NCBI GenBank assembly: GCA_963754655.1
Contig: CAVWGN010000001.1
Span: 1,024,001-1,088,000 of the forward strand
From: an uncultured Chlamydiae bacterium
GTDB taxonomy: Bacteria; Chlamydiota; Chlamydiia; Chlamydiales; Parachlamydiaceae
DNA: 64,000 bases
Reading direction: 5' to 3'
Shown here: one piece after another, positions 52,753 to 63,054 of the stretch
Layout: each line of letters opens with the position of its first letter
How positions within the stretch are numbered: the stretch's first letter is position 1
Notes under the pieces: model-generated
Told to the model about the DNA's origin: nothing
What the model saw: the letters and a program-made list of their open reading frames with translations, nothing else
Database searches by the model: none
Position numbers and translations under genes: made by a program

Positions 52753-54603
52753 TTAGATCTGCAAATTGAAAAGCCCAGCCATCTTACTGAAAACGTTAGC
52801 CAAGAAAAACTCTTCATCTTTTCTAAAGCTTTCATCTGCATATTCAAGAGCATAACTATCTTGATTAACGGCAGCTAAGACAATTTCTCGATCTTTTTTA
52901 AAGCTTTCATCTGCAAACTCAAGAGCTCTGCCATCTTGCTTAACGGCAGTCAAGACAATATCTCGATCTTTTTTAAGGCTTTCATCTGCATATTCAAGAG
53001 CATTGCCATCTTGCTGAATGGCAGCCAAGACAATCTCTCGATCCTTTTTAAGGCTTTCATCTGCAAATTGAAGAGTACGGCCATTTTTCTGAACGGCAAC
53101 CAAGACAATGTCTCGATCTTTTGTAAGGCTTTTATCTACAGATCTAAGAGCTCTACCATCTTGCTGAACGGCAGCCAAGACAATCTCTTGATCTTTTTTA
53201 AGATTTGCGTTTGCAAATGCAAGCTCTACACCATATTGCTGAACGGCCGCCAAGACAATGTCTCGATCCTTTGTAAGGCTTTCATCTGCATGTTGAAGCG
53301 CTCCATGCACTGTCTGAACGCCAGCCAAGACAATGTCTCGATCTTTGGTAAAGCTTTCATCTGCATATTGAAGAGCGCTGCCTCTTTGCTGAACAGCAGC
53401 CAAAACAATCTCTCGATTTTGTTTAAGACTTGCGCTTGCAGTTCCAAGAGCCATACCATTTTGCTTAACGGCCACCAAAAAAATGTCTCGATCTTGTTTA
53501 AAGCTTTCATCTGCATAGTGAAGAGCTTGGCCATCTTGCTGAACAGCAGCCAAGGTAATCTCTCGATCTTTTTTAAGGCTTTCATCTGCAAATTGAAGAG
53601 CTCTACCATATTGCTTAACGGCAGCCAAGAAAATGTCTCGATCTTGTTTAAAGCTTGCATCTGCATAGTAAAGAGCCTCGCCACTTCGTTGAACGGCAGC
53701 CAAGACAATGTCTCGATCCTTTTTAAGGCTTTCATCGGCAAATTGAAGAGCTCTACCATTTTGCTGAACGGCAATCAAAACAATGTCTCGATCTTTTTTA
53801 AAGCTTGCATCTGCATATTCAAGAGCACATCCATTTTGCTGAACAGTAGCCAAGACAAATTCTCGATCTCTTTTAAGGTTTTCATCTATATCAAAAATAC
53901 AATGTCCAAAACAGCGAGCAATTTGCATAAGTTTCTTTTTATCGTTAAAATGGGGAAATTTTTTTAATGTAGAGATGATTGATTCTTTTGCTAGCTGCCA
54001 TATTTTATCATCTTGACCACCTAGGTAAAGGTTTGCGATAAAATCATTTTTGATCACCATTAATTTTTGGTCGTCAGTGCTCCATATAAGAGAATTTAAA
54101 ATAAATAATTGCCCTTTAGCCACTTGCTGGATGTTCTTATTGGCGCTGGTTTTGCAATCTTGAGGATCCCATGAATAGTGATTCAAAAGAGAAAGAAATA
54201 AACTGTTAGCGCAAAATAAAGGTGATTTAATCATTAATAATTTTTTAAAACTTTCCCCATAGGAGCCTTGTTTGGCTCGGTCAATCAACTTAAGTTCTTG
54301 AGATGTAAAAGACTTCTTTTGTTCAGTTGCGATACATTCTTGGGCAGAATCAATAGGGGATTGAGGACTCTTTTTAAATTTAAAAAGAGTCTGCGCCAAT
54401 GAGATGCAAGGATTTTTTTCAAAAACTCTTTTCCATCTTGTACAAGTGAGCAAAATAGAAGAAATATCACCTAAAAGGGGCCTTTTTTGATTAACAACTA
54501 GATCAAAAAAATATTCTAGTAATTCATCGGGAAGTAACGTGTTTAAGCAAGCTTCATTAGAAGTGATTGGCATTGCTTGTGAATTAACGAGTGTAAGTTG
54601 CAT
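52753..54603 (-). CDS. F-box-like + DUF4116 repeat protein (array 2; 14 repeats)
   Basis: Start set at ATG 54603 (MQLTL) by comparison with paralogs. Confidence 0.85.
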   Translation of the reverse strand: MQLTLVNSQAMPITSNEACLNTLLPDELLEYFFDLVVNQKRPLLGDISSILLTCTRWKRVFEKNPCISLAQTLFKFKKSPQSPIDSAQECIATEQKKSFTSQELKLIDRAKQGSYGESFKKLLMIKSPLFCANSLFLSLLNHYSWDPQDCKTSANKNIQQVAKGQLFILNSLIWSTDDQKLMVIKNDFIANLYLGGQDDKIWQLAKESIISTLKKFPHFNDKKKLMQIARCFGHCIFDIDENLKRDREFVLATVQQNGCALEYADASFKKDRDIVLIAVQQNGRALQFADESLKKDRDIVLAAVQRSGEALYYADASFKQDRDIFLAAVKQYGRALQFADESLKKDREITLAAVQQDGQALHYADESFKQDRDIFLVAVKQNGMALGTASASLKQNREIVLAAVQQRGSALQYADESFTKDRDIVLAGVQTVHGALQHADESLTKDRDIVLAAVQQYGVELAFANANLKKDQEIVLAAVQQDGRALRSVDKSLTKDRDIVLVAVQKNGRTLQFADESLKKDREIVLAAIQQDGNALEYADESLKKDRDIVLTAVKQDGRALEFADESFKKDREIVLAAVNQDSYALEYADESFRKDEEFFLANVFSKMAGLFNLQI

Positions 54604-55009
54604 AAACACCTCTAATTGAATTTATAATTTTAAATTTTTATTCATAATTTTATATTGTTTAAGTTGATAATTATACAAATATAATCTATTGATTACAACT
54701 ATGTTATTTTTTGATATAGATGAAAGCCGTAACAACCTGATTTTTGAATTTATCCTGTCTGCGAATTAGATAAATCCAAAAGCGATGACAAAAGACATTT
54801 GGCATAACATAAATTTTATTGCATCATGACTTCGTTTAAAAAGGAGAGAAGAGGCAGAAATATAGAAAAATAAAAAAAAATTTAAAGCCAATAGAATGAG
54901 TATAAAAATGGCTTGATTTTAGTATTTATGTTAAAAATTGATGGGAGTTTTAGCTAATACAATATTGCACTTTCAAGTTTTAAATTTATCCTAATCTTAG
55001 TATTTATTC

Positions 55010-55240
55010 GAGCCTGAAGAGCTCTCTCTGAATATTAGACATTTTTTATTAACCGTCCCTAAAATGATTGCGGAGCATGTACCATTTAATAGGCATAGCC
55101 CTACAATCGTTATAGAAGAAGGTCTTCCAAAAATGTTCAATGTTCATGGAGCCTGAAGGCTCTAAAGTGAAATAGCCCAGACCAGCGGCCTGGGAAAAAA
55201 ACACCCCATAGCCTAGTCTGAAAGACTACAAGAGAAATTG
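55010..55240. repeat. REP-like element (related copies ~44690-44790, ~44890-44925, ~49900-50010, ~52590-52685)
   Basis: GAGCCTGAAGGCTC, AGCCCAGACCAGCGGCCTGGG, AGTCTGAAAGACT. Shares its internal spacer with 10620-10735. Confidence 0.75.
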
Positions 55241-55484
55241 TGGAATAGTCATTTGCAAGCATTCTTAATTCCTTATCCTATTCAGTAACAAAACACACTG
55301 GCTATTTATACAATCACTAATGATTTGGATCTATCCTTTTGATAGGGCAAGTTTTGTATTGCTACAACGCCTTCTTTTTTATTTCTTTGAAAGCACGTTT
55401 AAAATTTAACACTATCTCCCTCAAATCTGATACTCCGAGTTTGGAATGAAGAATGACAAATCAAAGAAGTTAAGAAAACGGGAT

Positions 55485-57488
55485 TCATTTGATTTGAAAA
55501 TTTAAATCTGCAAATTGAAAAAACTCAACCATTTTACTGAAAACCGTAGCCGAGACAAATTCTTGATCTTTTTTAAAGCTTTCATCTACATATTGAAGAG
55601 CACAGCTATCTTGATTAACGGCAGCCAAGACAATCTCTCGATCTTTTTTAAGGCTTTCATCTGCAAATTGAAAAGCGCGACCTTTTTGCTTAACGGCAAC
55701 TAAGACAATCTCTCGATCTTTTTTAAGGCTTTCATCTGCATATTCAAGAGCATAGCCATCTTGATTAACCGCAGCCAAGATAATGTCTCGATCTTGTTTA
55801 AAGCTTTCATCTACATAGTAAAGAGCTAAGCCATTTTGCTGAATGGCAGCTAAGACAAATTCTCGATCTTTTTTAAGGCTTTCATCTGCATAGTGAAGAG
55901 CCCCCGCACTTTGATTAACGGCAGCCAAGACAAATTCTCGATCTTTTTTAAAGCTTTCATCTGCATATTTAAGAGCTTCGTAAGTTTTCTGAACGGCAGT
56001 TAAGACAATTTCTCGATCTTTTTTAAGGCTTTCATCTACATATTGAAGAACTCTGCCAGCTTGCTTAACAGCAGCTAAGATAATCTCTCGATTTTTTTTA
56101 AAACTTTTATCTGCAAATTGAAGGGCAAGACCATCTTGCTCAACGGCAGCCAAGAGACTCTCACGATCTTTTTTAAAGCTTTCACCTGCATATTCAAGAG
56201 CCCTGCCATTTTGCTTAACGGCAGCCAAGACAATCTCTCGATCTTTTTTAAAGCTTTCATCTACATAGAGAAGAGCTTCGCCATTTTGCTTAACGGCAGC
56301 CAAGACAATCTCTCGATCTTGTTTAAAGCTTGCATCTGCATATTTAAGAGCCCATCCAATTTGCTTACCGGTAGCTAAGACAATCTCTCGATCTTCTTTC
56401 AAGCTTTCATCTGCATATTCAAGAGCTAAGCCATTTTGCTGAACAGCAGCTAAGACAATCTCACGATCTTTTTTCAAGCTTTCATCTGCATATTCAAGAG
56501 CTAAGCCATTTTGTTGAACAGCAGCTAAGACAATCTCAAGATCTTTTTTAAAGCTTTCATCTGCATAGTGAAGAGCCCTGCCGTCTTGCTGAACGGCAGC
56601 CAAGACAATTTCTCGATCTTTTTCAAGACTTTTATCCGCATAGAGAAGAGCACAGCCATATTGCTGAACGGTAGCCAAGACAACCTCTCGATCCTTTTTA
56701 AGACTTTTATCTGCATATTTAAAAGCTGCGCCATTTTGCTTAACAGCAGCCAAGACAATGTCTTGATCTTTTTTAAGGTTTGCATCTATATCAAAAACAC
56801 AATGTCCAAAACAACGAGCAACTTGTATCAAATTTTTTTTATCGTTAAAATTGGGAAATTTTTTAAAGGTAGAGATGATCGATTCTCGTGCCAGCAGCCA
56901 TATTTGAGCTCGAGCACCTAGATAAAGTTTTGCGATAAAATCATTTTTGATCATTAGGAGTCTTTGGTCTTCAGTGCCCCATATAAGAGAGTTTAAAATA
57001 GACAATTGCCCTTCAGCCACTTGCTGGATGTTCTTATTGGCGCTGGTTTTGCAATCTTGAAGATCCCATCCATAGTGATCCAAAAGAGAAAGAAATAAAC
57101 TGTTAGCGCAAAATAAAGGTGATTGAACCATTAACAAATTTCTAAAACTTCTTTGTTGGGCTCGATCAATCAACTTAAGTTCTTGAGATGTAAAAGACTT
57201 CTTTTGTTCAGTTGTGATACATTCTCGGGCAGAATGAATAGGGGATTGAGGACTCTTTTTAAGTTGAAAAAAAGTCTGCGCCAAGGAGATACAAGGATTC
57301 TTCTCAAGAACTCTTTTCCATCTTGTACAAGTGAGTAAAATAGAAGAAATATCACCCAAAGGTGGCCTTTTTTGATTAACAACCCGATCAAAAAAAATTT
57401 CTAATACTTCATCGGGAAGTAAATTGTTTAAGCAAGCTTCGTTTGAAGGAGGTGGCATTGCTTGTGAATTAACGAGCGTAAGTTGCAT
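55485..57488 (-). CDS. F-box-like + DUF4116 repeat protein (array 2; 16 repeats)
   Basis: 667 aa, same architecture. Confidence 0.85.
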   Translation of the reverse strand: MQLTLVNSQAMPPPSNEACLNNLLPDEVLEIFFDRVVNQKRPPLGDISSILLTCTRWKRVLEKNPCISLAQTFFQLKKSPQSPIHSARECITTEQKKSFTSQELKLIDRAQQRSFRNLLMVQSPLFCANSLFLSLLDHYGWDLQDCKTSANKNIQQVAEGQLSILNSLIWGTEDQRLLMIKNDFIAKLYLGARAQIWLLARESIISTFKKFPNFNDKKNLIQVARCFGHCVFDIDANLKKDQDIVLAAVKQNGAAFKYADKSLKKDREVVLATVQQYGCALLYADKSLEKDREIVLAAVQQDGRALHYADESFKKDLEIVLAAVQQNGLALEYADESLKKDREIVLAAVQQNGLALEYADESLKEDREIVLATGKQIGWALKYADASFKQDREIVLAAVKQNGEALLYVDESFKKDREIVLAAVKQNGRALEYAGESFKKDRESLLAAVEQDGLALQFADKSFKKNREIILAAVKQAGRVLQYVDESLKKDREIVLTAVQKTYEALKYADESFKKDREFVLAAVNQSAGALHYADESLKKDREFVLAAIQQNGLALYYVDESFKQDRDIILAAVNQDGYALEYADESLKKDREIVLVAVKQKGRAFQFADESLKKDREIVLAAVNQDSCALQYVDESFKKDQEFVSATVFSKMVEFFQFADLNFQIK

Positions 57489-57501
57489 AAATACCTTTTA
57501 A

Positions 57502-57937
57502 CTGAAGTTTTGCAAAATTAATTAATTCAAGTTGAGACAAGTCTTAAAGCGTTTATTATATCTGAATTTTGGCATGGTTCAATTGAAGGTAACTTATTTA
57601 TGCCGTCCTTTCAGGACTCGATGTCTTTTTGATAGAACCCAGGCCTCCGCTTCGCTGCGACCTGGGCTGTAACATGACGGCCCTTCAGGCCTTAACAAGA
57701 GATGTTTAAGTCCCTCTTCTATAGTCCCTAAATCATCTTTTTGTTAAGGCCTGAAGGGCCGTCATGTTACAGCCCAGGTCGCAGCGAAGCGGAGGCCTGG
57801 GTTCTATCAAAAAGACATCGAGTCCTGAAAGGACGGCATAAATAAGTTACCTTCAATTGAACCATGCCAAAATTCAGATATAATAAACGCTTTAAGACTT
57901 GTCTCAACTTGAATTAATTAATTTTGCAAAACTTCAG
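57502..57937. mobile_element. 436-bp near-perfect palindromic MITE
   Basis: Termini CTGAAGTTTTGCAAAA/TTTTGCAAAACTTCAG with a TTTTAA duplication (57496-501, 57938-943). Inner GGCATGGTTCAA core holds an inverted REP pair. Confidence 0.88.
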
Positions 57938-58231
57938 TTTTAATTAAATTTATAGTTTTATTCATAAATTTATAATATTTAATTTTATAGTTATAAAAAT
58001 ACGTTATATTAATAGCAACTCATTTATTTTTGATGATATATTAAAAAATTGCAAATTTCCCTTTTAATTGCCAACCTTTTTCAATTTGAGAAGATCGATA
58101 ACCTCTCTTTAATTTGTCAAATATTTTCTGATTTGTTATTCATTCTTTCATCTAAATATGTTTCATCTAAATATCCTGAAAAAGTGAAGAAAAAAATTGG
58201 ATAGTTGTAAATTAATGCAAGGCGATAGGCA

Positions 58232-60904
58232 ATGACATTTCAAGATTTAAAAAATGCTTTATCTATGCGTTTATTTGGTTCATCGACCCATAGTCAGGAT
58301 GCGAATCAGCAGTCTATCTCCTCTTTGCTTGCTTCCTCACGAATGCCTTTATCTGAAGTCTTGAAGAGTTTACAAACGTCAGAAAAAGGACTTAACCAAA
58401 GAGACATTTATCAACGGCTTAATCAATATGGTTTAAATGAGATTGCACATGAGAAGCCTCCCACTTGGTATTCTTTGCTGCTCGCAAATTTTGCAAATCC
58501 TTTTGTCATCTTATTAATTGTGCTTGGGATGATTTCCTTTTTTCTTGGAGAAGAAGATGCTGTTGTGATCATTATTTGCATGGTTCTTCTCAGTGTCATC
58601 ATGCGATTTATTCAAGAATATCGCTCTAATTTGGCAGCTGAAAAGCTCAAAGCTCTCGTTAGCACGAAAGCAACCGTGTTGCGCTGGCTGGAGGCAAACG
58701 TCGAGTCTAAGCCGTATGAAATGGATGTTAAGTATTTGGTTCCTGGCGATGTCATCCATCTTTCTGCGGGAGATCTTGTGCCTGCAGATATTCGTTTAAT
58801 AGCCGCTAAAGATGTGTTTGTCAGTCAAAGTGCTCTCACAGGAGAGTCCATGCCAGTTGAAAAAGAGGAAGTTTCTAAAGGCAAAGAGAACTTGACCAAT
58901 CCAATTGAAATGCCCAATTTATGTTTTATGGGGACAAATGTGCTAAACGGAACGGCAATAGCTGTGGTTCTTAAAACGGGTAATCAAACCTATTTTGGTT
59001 CAATGGCAAAAAGCTTGACAGGCCGACGTTCTCTAACCAGTTTTGACATAGGGGTCAATAAAGTCAGCTGGCTATTGATTCAATTTATGTTTGTGATGGT
59101 TCCTCTTGTCTTTTTGATTAATGTTTTGACTAAAGGCGATTGGTTTGAAGCTTTGCTTTTTTCTTTATCTATTGCAGTCGGGCTGACTCCCGAAATGCTG
59201 CCCATGATTGTCACTGCCAATTTAGCGCGCGGAGCGATCAATATGTCTCGCTCTAAAGTCATTGTCAAACGTTTAAATGCCATCCAAAATTTTGGTGCGA
59301 TGAATATTCTTTGCACAGATAAAACAGGGACACTGACCCAAGATCGAGTCATTTTAGAAAAATATCTCAGCGCTGATAATCAGGAAAGCGAGGAAGTCCT
59401 CAGCTATGGTTTTTTAAATAGTTATTATCAAACAGGTTTAAAAAATCTTTTGGATCTTGCTGTCTTAAATCACCGCCATTTAGAAACAGACATGCAATTG
59501 GATCGCAATTACCGAAAGATAGATGAAATTCCTTTCGACTTTAATCGACGCCGAATGTCTATTGTCCTTCAAAAGCTTCCGCAACAATATCTTTTAATTT
59601 GCAAAGGAGCATTTGATGAAACGCTCTCTATTTGCCAGACAGCTAAGCTTAATGGATCCCTTACCCCTTTAACTGAAGAGATCAAGAAAAAATTAAAAAA
59701 TATAGAAATAGATTTAAATGAAGATGGACTACGTGTTTTGGCAGTGGCTTATAAAGACCTTCAAAATGGAGTTAAAAAAGACTATCGCCCTCAAGATGAA
59801 AATGAACTGACGTTTTTGGGATACTTAGCCTTTCTGGATCCTCCTAAGCATTCAGCAATGAAGGCTTTAGAGCTTTTAAAAGAATATAATGTGCAAGTCA
59901 AAGTTTTAACGGGCGATAATGAAATCGTTACCCAACGCATTTGCAAATGGGTGAATTTGTCCATTGAAGGCGCTCTAACAGGGCCTCAAATCGATCAAAT
60001 GGATGCATGGGAATTGAAAAATAGTGTGGATAAAACAACCATCTTTACGAAGTTAACACCTTTGCAGAAAACGCGAGTGATTTCTGCTCTTAAAGCAAAT
60101 GGTCATACTGTAGGTTTTCTGGGAGACGGAATTAATGATGCGCCCGCTCTTCGGGAAGCTGATGTTGGAATTTCAGTGGATACGGCTGTTGATATTGCAA
60201 AGGAAGCTGCCGATATTATCATGCTTGAAAAAAGTTTGCTGTTTTTGGGCGATGGTGTGCTTGAAGGACGCCGAACATTTGGCAATATTATCAAATATAT
60301 TAAAATGGCGGCAAGTTCCAATTTTGGCAATGTCTTTAGCATGTTAGGTGCAAGTGCTCTATTACCCTTTTTACCTATGCTGCCTGTTCAATTATTAACA
60401 CAAAATTTGCTTTATGATTTTTCGCAAACAGCCATTCCATTTGATCATGTGGACCGAGATTTTCTTTTGCAACCGCGCAAATGGGATCCTTATGGCATTG
60501 CCAAGTTTATGATTTTTATTGGGCCTATTAGCTCAATATTTGATTATGTGACATTTGCTGTTATGTGGTTCGTTTTTGGTGCTAACACAATTGCACATCA
60601 GGCCTTATTTCAATCTGGATGGTTCATTGAAGGTTTGCTTTCTCAAACACTTATCGTGCATATGATTAGAACAAGGCATATTCCTTTTATTCAAAGTATT
60701 GCCTCTTTGCCTCTCTTACTGACAACCTTCTTTGTGATGGCTATTGGACTCTTAATTCCTTTTACCTTTGTGGGACATAGTATCGGCCTTGTCTCACTAT
60801 CAGGTGATTATTTTTATTGGCTGATTACCATCCTATTATCTTATTGCGTCTTAACTCAGTTAGTGAAGATTTGGTTTATTAAACGCTTTAATTATTGGCT
60901 CTAA
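58232..60904 (+). CDS. mgtA: Magnesium-translocating P-type ATPase
   Basis: TGES, GLTPEMLP, DKTGTLT, DEIPFDF, GDGIND, ASSNFGN. Confidence 0.93.
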   Translation: MTFQDLKNALSMRLFGSSTHSQDANQQSISSLLASSRMPLSEVLKSLQTSEKGLNQRDIYQRLNQYGLNEIAHEKPPTWYSLLLANFANPFVILLIVLGMISFFLGEEDAVVIIICMVLLSVIMRFIQEYRSNLAAEKLKALVSTKATVLRWLEANVESKPYEMDVKYLVPGDVIHLSAGDLVPADIRLIAAKDVFVSQSALTGESMPVEKEEVSKGKENLTNPIEMPNLCFMGTNVLNGTAIAVVLKTGNQTYFGSMAKSLTGRRSLTSFDIGVNKVSWLLIQFMFVMVPLVFLINVLTKGDWFEALLFSLSIAVGLTPEMLPMIVTANLARGAINMSRSKVIVKRLNAIQNFGAMNILCTDKTGTLTQDRVILEKYLSADNQESEEVLSYGFLNSYYQTGLKNLLDLAVLNHRHLETDMQLDRNYRKIDEIPFDFNRRRMSIVLQKLPQQYLLICKGAFDETLSICQTAKLNGSLTPLTEEIKKKLKNIEIDLNEDGLRVLAVAYKDLQNGVKKDYRPQDENELTFLGYLAFLDPPKHSAMKALELLKEYNVQVKVLTGDNEIVTQRICKWVNLSIEGALTGPQIDQMDAWELKNSVDKTTIFTKLTPLQKTRVISALKANGHTVGFLGDGINDAPALREADVGISVDTAVDIAKEAADIIMLEKSLLFLGDGVLEGRRTFGNIIKYIKMAASSNFGNVFSMLGASALLPFLPMLPVQLLTQNLLYDFSQTAIPFDHVDRDFLLQPRKWDPYGIAKFMIFIGPISSIFDYVTFAVMWFVFGANTIAHQALFQSGWFIEGLLSQTLIVHMIRTRHIPFIQSIASLPLLLTTFFVMAIGLLIPFTFVGHSIGLVSLSGDYFYWLITILLSYCVLTQLVKIWFIKRFNYWL

Positions 60905-60949
60905 AATACGAATCTAATGTTATCCGTGCAAGAGGCCTAATCAATCTTT

Positions 60950-61786
60950 TCATGTGATTGGACTGCATGGCATCGAATGCATATTCTGAGAAAAAAGAAA
61001 TCCAGCATTCTTAATTTTTTGATTAGATACACGCCGATTTCCTGCGTGAGGGCTGATGCTTTGGGCATTCCATTGAACGGGAGGAAGATGTTCTCTTTGG
61101 CAAATTTGAGCATAGAATTCTGAACGGAGCACGTGAAAATCGTTACACAGGTTATAAACGCCTTGCAAACGCTGAGTTAGGGCAAAATGAAGAGCATTTA
61201 CAATATCAGTTACGTGAATAAGATTAGTATAAGATTGCCCAGTCCCAGCAAAAGGTTGAGACTGCATCTGCATGCGTCTTAGACGTTGTTCAATTTCTCT
61301 GTCCGGGCCATAAATTTCTCCAAGGCGTAGAATACAAACGTGTAAATTTTCTGAAGTACATTCCAATAGAATTTGTTCCGTCTCATAGAGAATTCTAGCA
61401 TTGTCATGTGCAAACTTTGGCGGTGTCAGTTCATCTACCCATGCTCCCTCATGATCACCATAAACTGATGTACTGCTAGTATATAAGATTTGTTTGAGGG
61501 TTGAAGTCCGATTGGCTTCTTCTGCAACTTGTTTGGCCGTTTGTAAATAGGTAGAAGCATAGTCAGAAGAAGAGTCAGGAGCAACGCTGATTAAAAGCGC
61601 TTCTTGTTGATGAACAAAAGAATGCAAGGATTGCGATTCTAAAAGATAAACGCTATCTGCAAAGCTTGCTAAATAAGAAATCCGCTCAGGGCGACGAGTG
61701 GTGACAGAAAGGCGATGCCCCGCTTGCTTCCACTGTAAGGCTATCTTTTGGCCTACATATCCACAGCCAATAATGCCGATTCTCAT
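60950..61786 (-). CDS. NAD-dependent epimerase/dehydratase (YeeZ-like SDR)
   Basis: GCGYVG, YTSSTSVYG, LRLGEIYGP, NLIHVTD. Confidence 0.85.
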   Translation of the reverse strand: MRIGIIGCGYVGQKIALQWKQAGHRLSVTTRRPERISYLASFADSVYLLESQSLHSFVHQQEALLISVAPDSSSDYASTYLQTAKQVAEEANRTSTLKQILYTSSTSVYGDHEGAWVDELTPPKFAHDNARILYETEQILLECTSENLHVCILRLGEIYGPDREIEQRLRRMQMQSQPFAGTGQSYTNLIHVTDIVNALHFALTQRLQGVYNLCNDFHVLRSEFYAQICQREHLPPVQWNAQSISPHAGNRRVSNQKIKNAGFLFSQNMHSMPCSPIT

Positions 61787-62499
61787 ACTACTCCAGCCGC
61801 AATAGATTCCAGCATTCCCAAGCGTTGAAAGCTTTCCTTTAATTCTTGGTTCTCAGGCTTATCAAGGGCACCGCTAGAAGCTAACCATTGGACATATGTG
61901 CGAGGAATTTGGCTTAAAGGTTGGCCTTGATGTTTGCCAAAAGGCATATGCTGAAGAGCGCGTGGGCGGTTAAGAAGTTGATAAACTTCTTCTATTGATA
62001 AATCGTCAATCAAAAAATGGAAAATTTGATGCAGAACCATCACGTCATCTAAAGCACGATGGGCATTGTTAGCTGCAATGCCGTAAATTTCTCGCAAAAA
62101 TTGCAACGTATGCCTCGGAAGATCGGGACGGTATCGACGCGCCCATTTTAAAGAGTCTAAAAACTTCCAAGAGGGCATTTGTAGAGCATGTCGCTCAAAT
62201 GCGTAACGTAAAAAGTGGAAATCGAAATTATCATTATTATGAGCAATGAGAACAACATCGCCCTCGCAAAATTGAATGAACTCTGTTCCAACTTGATCAA
62301 AAGCCGGAGCAGAGGCAACCATCTCATTTGTAATGTGATGAATAGCCGTTGCTTCAGGTGGAATGGGACAACCAGGATTGATGAATTTTTCAAAGTGTAA
62401 ATTGCGAACAGGATCATAAGCTGCAATTTCAATAATGCGGTCTTTTTCAGCGCGGATCCCTGTTGTTTCTGTATCGTAATAGATGGCTCTAAGAGGCAT
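61783..62499 (-). CDS. dnaQ: DEDDh 3'-5' exonuclease (DNA Pol III epsilon-like) with C-terminal PFGK domain
   Basis: YDTETTG, IAHN, FLDSL, AHRALDD, MPFGKHQG. Confidence 0.85.
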   Translation of the reverse strand: MPLRAIYYDTETTGIRAEKDRIIEIAAYDPVRNLHFEKFINPGCPIPPEATAIHHITNEMVASAPAFDQVGTEFIQFCEGDVVLIAHNNDNFDFHFLRYAFERHALQMPSWKFLDSLKWARRYRPDLPRHTLQFLREIYGIAANNAHRALDDVMVLHQIFHFLIDDLSIEEVYQLLNRPRALQHMPFGKHQGQPLSQIPRTYVQWLASSGALDKPENQELKESFQRLGMLESIAAGVV

Positions 62500-62511
62500 A
62501 GTTCAGTAATC

Positions 62512-63054
62512 TTAAGGTTGTTCCATTTCCTGCGCTTTTGCCAAAATTTGATCTAACGTCATTTGACCCGAGCTAACCGCTTCAATAGGTGTTGAAAACA
62601 TTTGACACACATGCTCAACTGTTTTAAGAAAAGCTAAGAGTAAATCTTCTTCAATCCTCTTTTTAGGAGTTGGAAGCATCAGGCGATAAAAAATGACTCC
62701 TGCCATTTCATCCATTCCAAAACCTGGCACATCTAACTCTTTGTTCAGGAGATGGAGTAAACGAGCCAAATCAGCTATCATCGCTTTCTGGTTTTTTCCT
62801 TTTGATGATTCGGAATGGGAAGGCTCAGATCCTTTTTTTCCTAAAGCGAATTGTTCGTTGGGCTCAAGATGACACGGAATAAAGACAAGAAGCTGTAAAA
62901 GGTGGCCTTCATCGAAGACTCTTATAAAAAGAGGATATTCTTTTTGATTGATTTTAAAGATCGTATAGACCTGCTGCGTATCTGCTTGTATATCTGATTC
63001 ATACTGATTTTTTTGCATGAAATTCAGCAAGGACTCTGGGGTGATGTTGATCAC
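62512..63054 (-). CDS. Type III secretion chaperone, Mcsc/CT260-like (YbjN fold)
   Basis: YPLFIR, DLARLLHLLNKELDVPGFGMDE, IFYRL. Adjacent to dnaQ, as for CT260/CT261 in chlamydiae. Confidence 0.75.
   Translation of the reverse strand: MINITPESLLNFMQKNQYESDIQADTQQVYTIFKINQKEYPLFIRVFDEGHLLQLLVFIPCHLEPNEQFALGKKGSEPSHSESSKGKNQKAMIADLARLLHLLNKELDVPGFGMDEMAGVIFYRLMLPTPKKRIEEDLLLAFLKTVEHVCQMFSTPIEAVSSGQMTLDQILAKAQEMEQP

Noticed and set aside
9050..57391. Many long antisense and shifted-frame ORFs over the DUF4116 genes (e.g. 50228..51601, 46054..46989)
   Set aside because: These are shadows of a 75-nt repeat that lacks stops in those frames. They are broken at different places in each paralog.
8318..57488. 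Diversity-generating retroelement as the source of repeat hypervariability
   Set aside because: There is no reverse transcriptase or template repeat in the window, and variable codons are not obviously limited to adenine substitutions.
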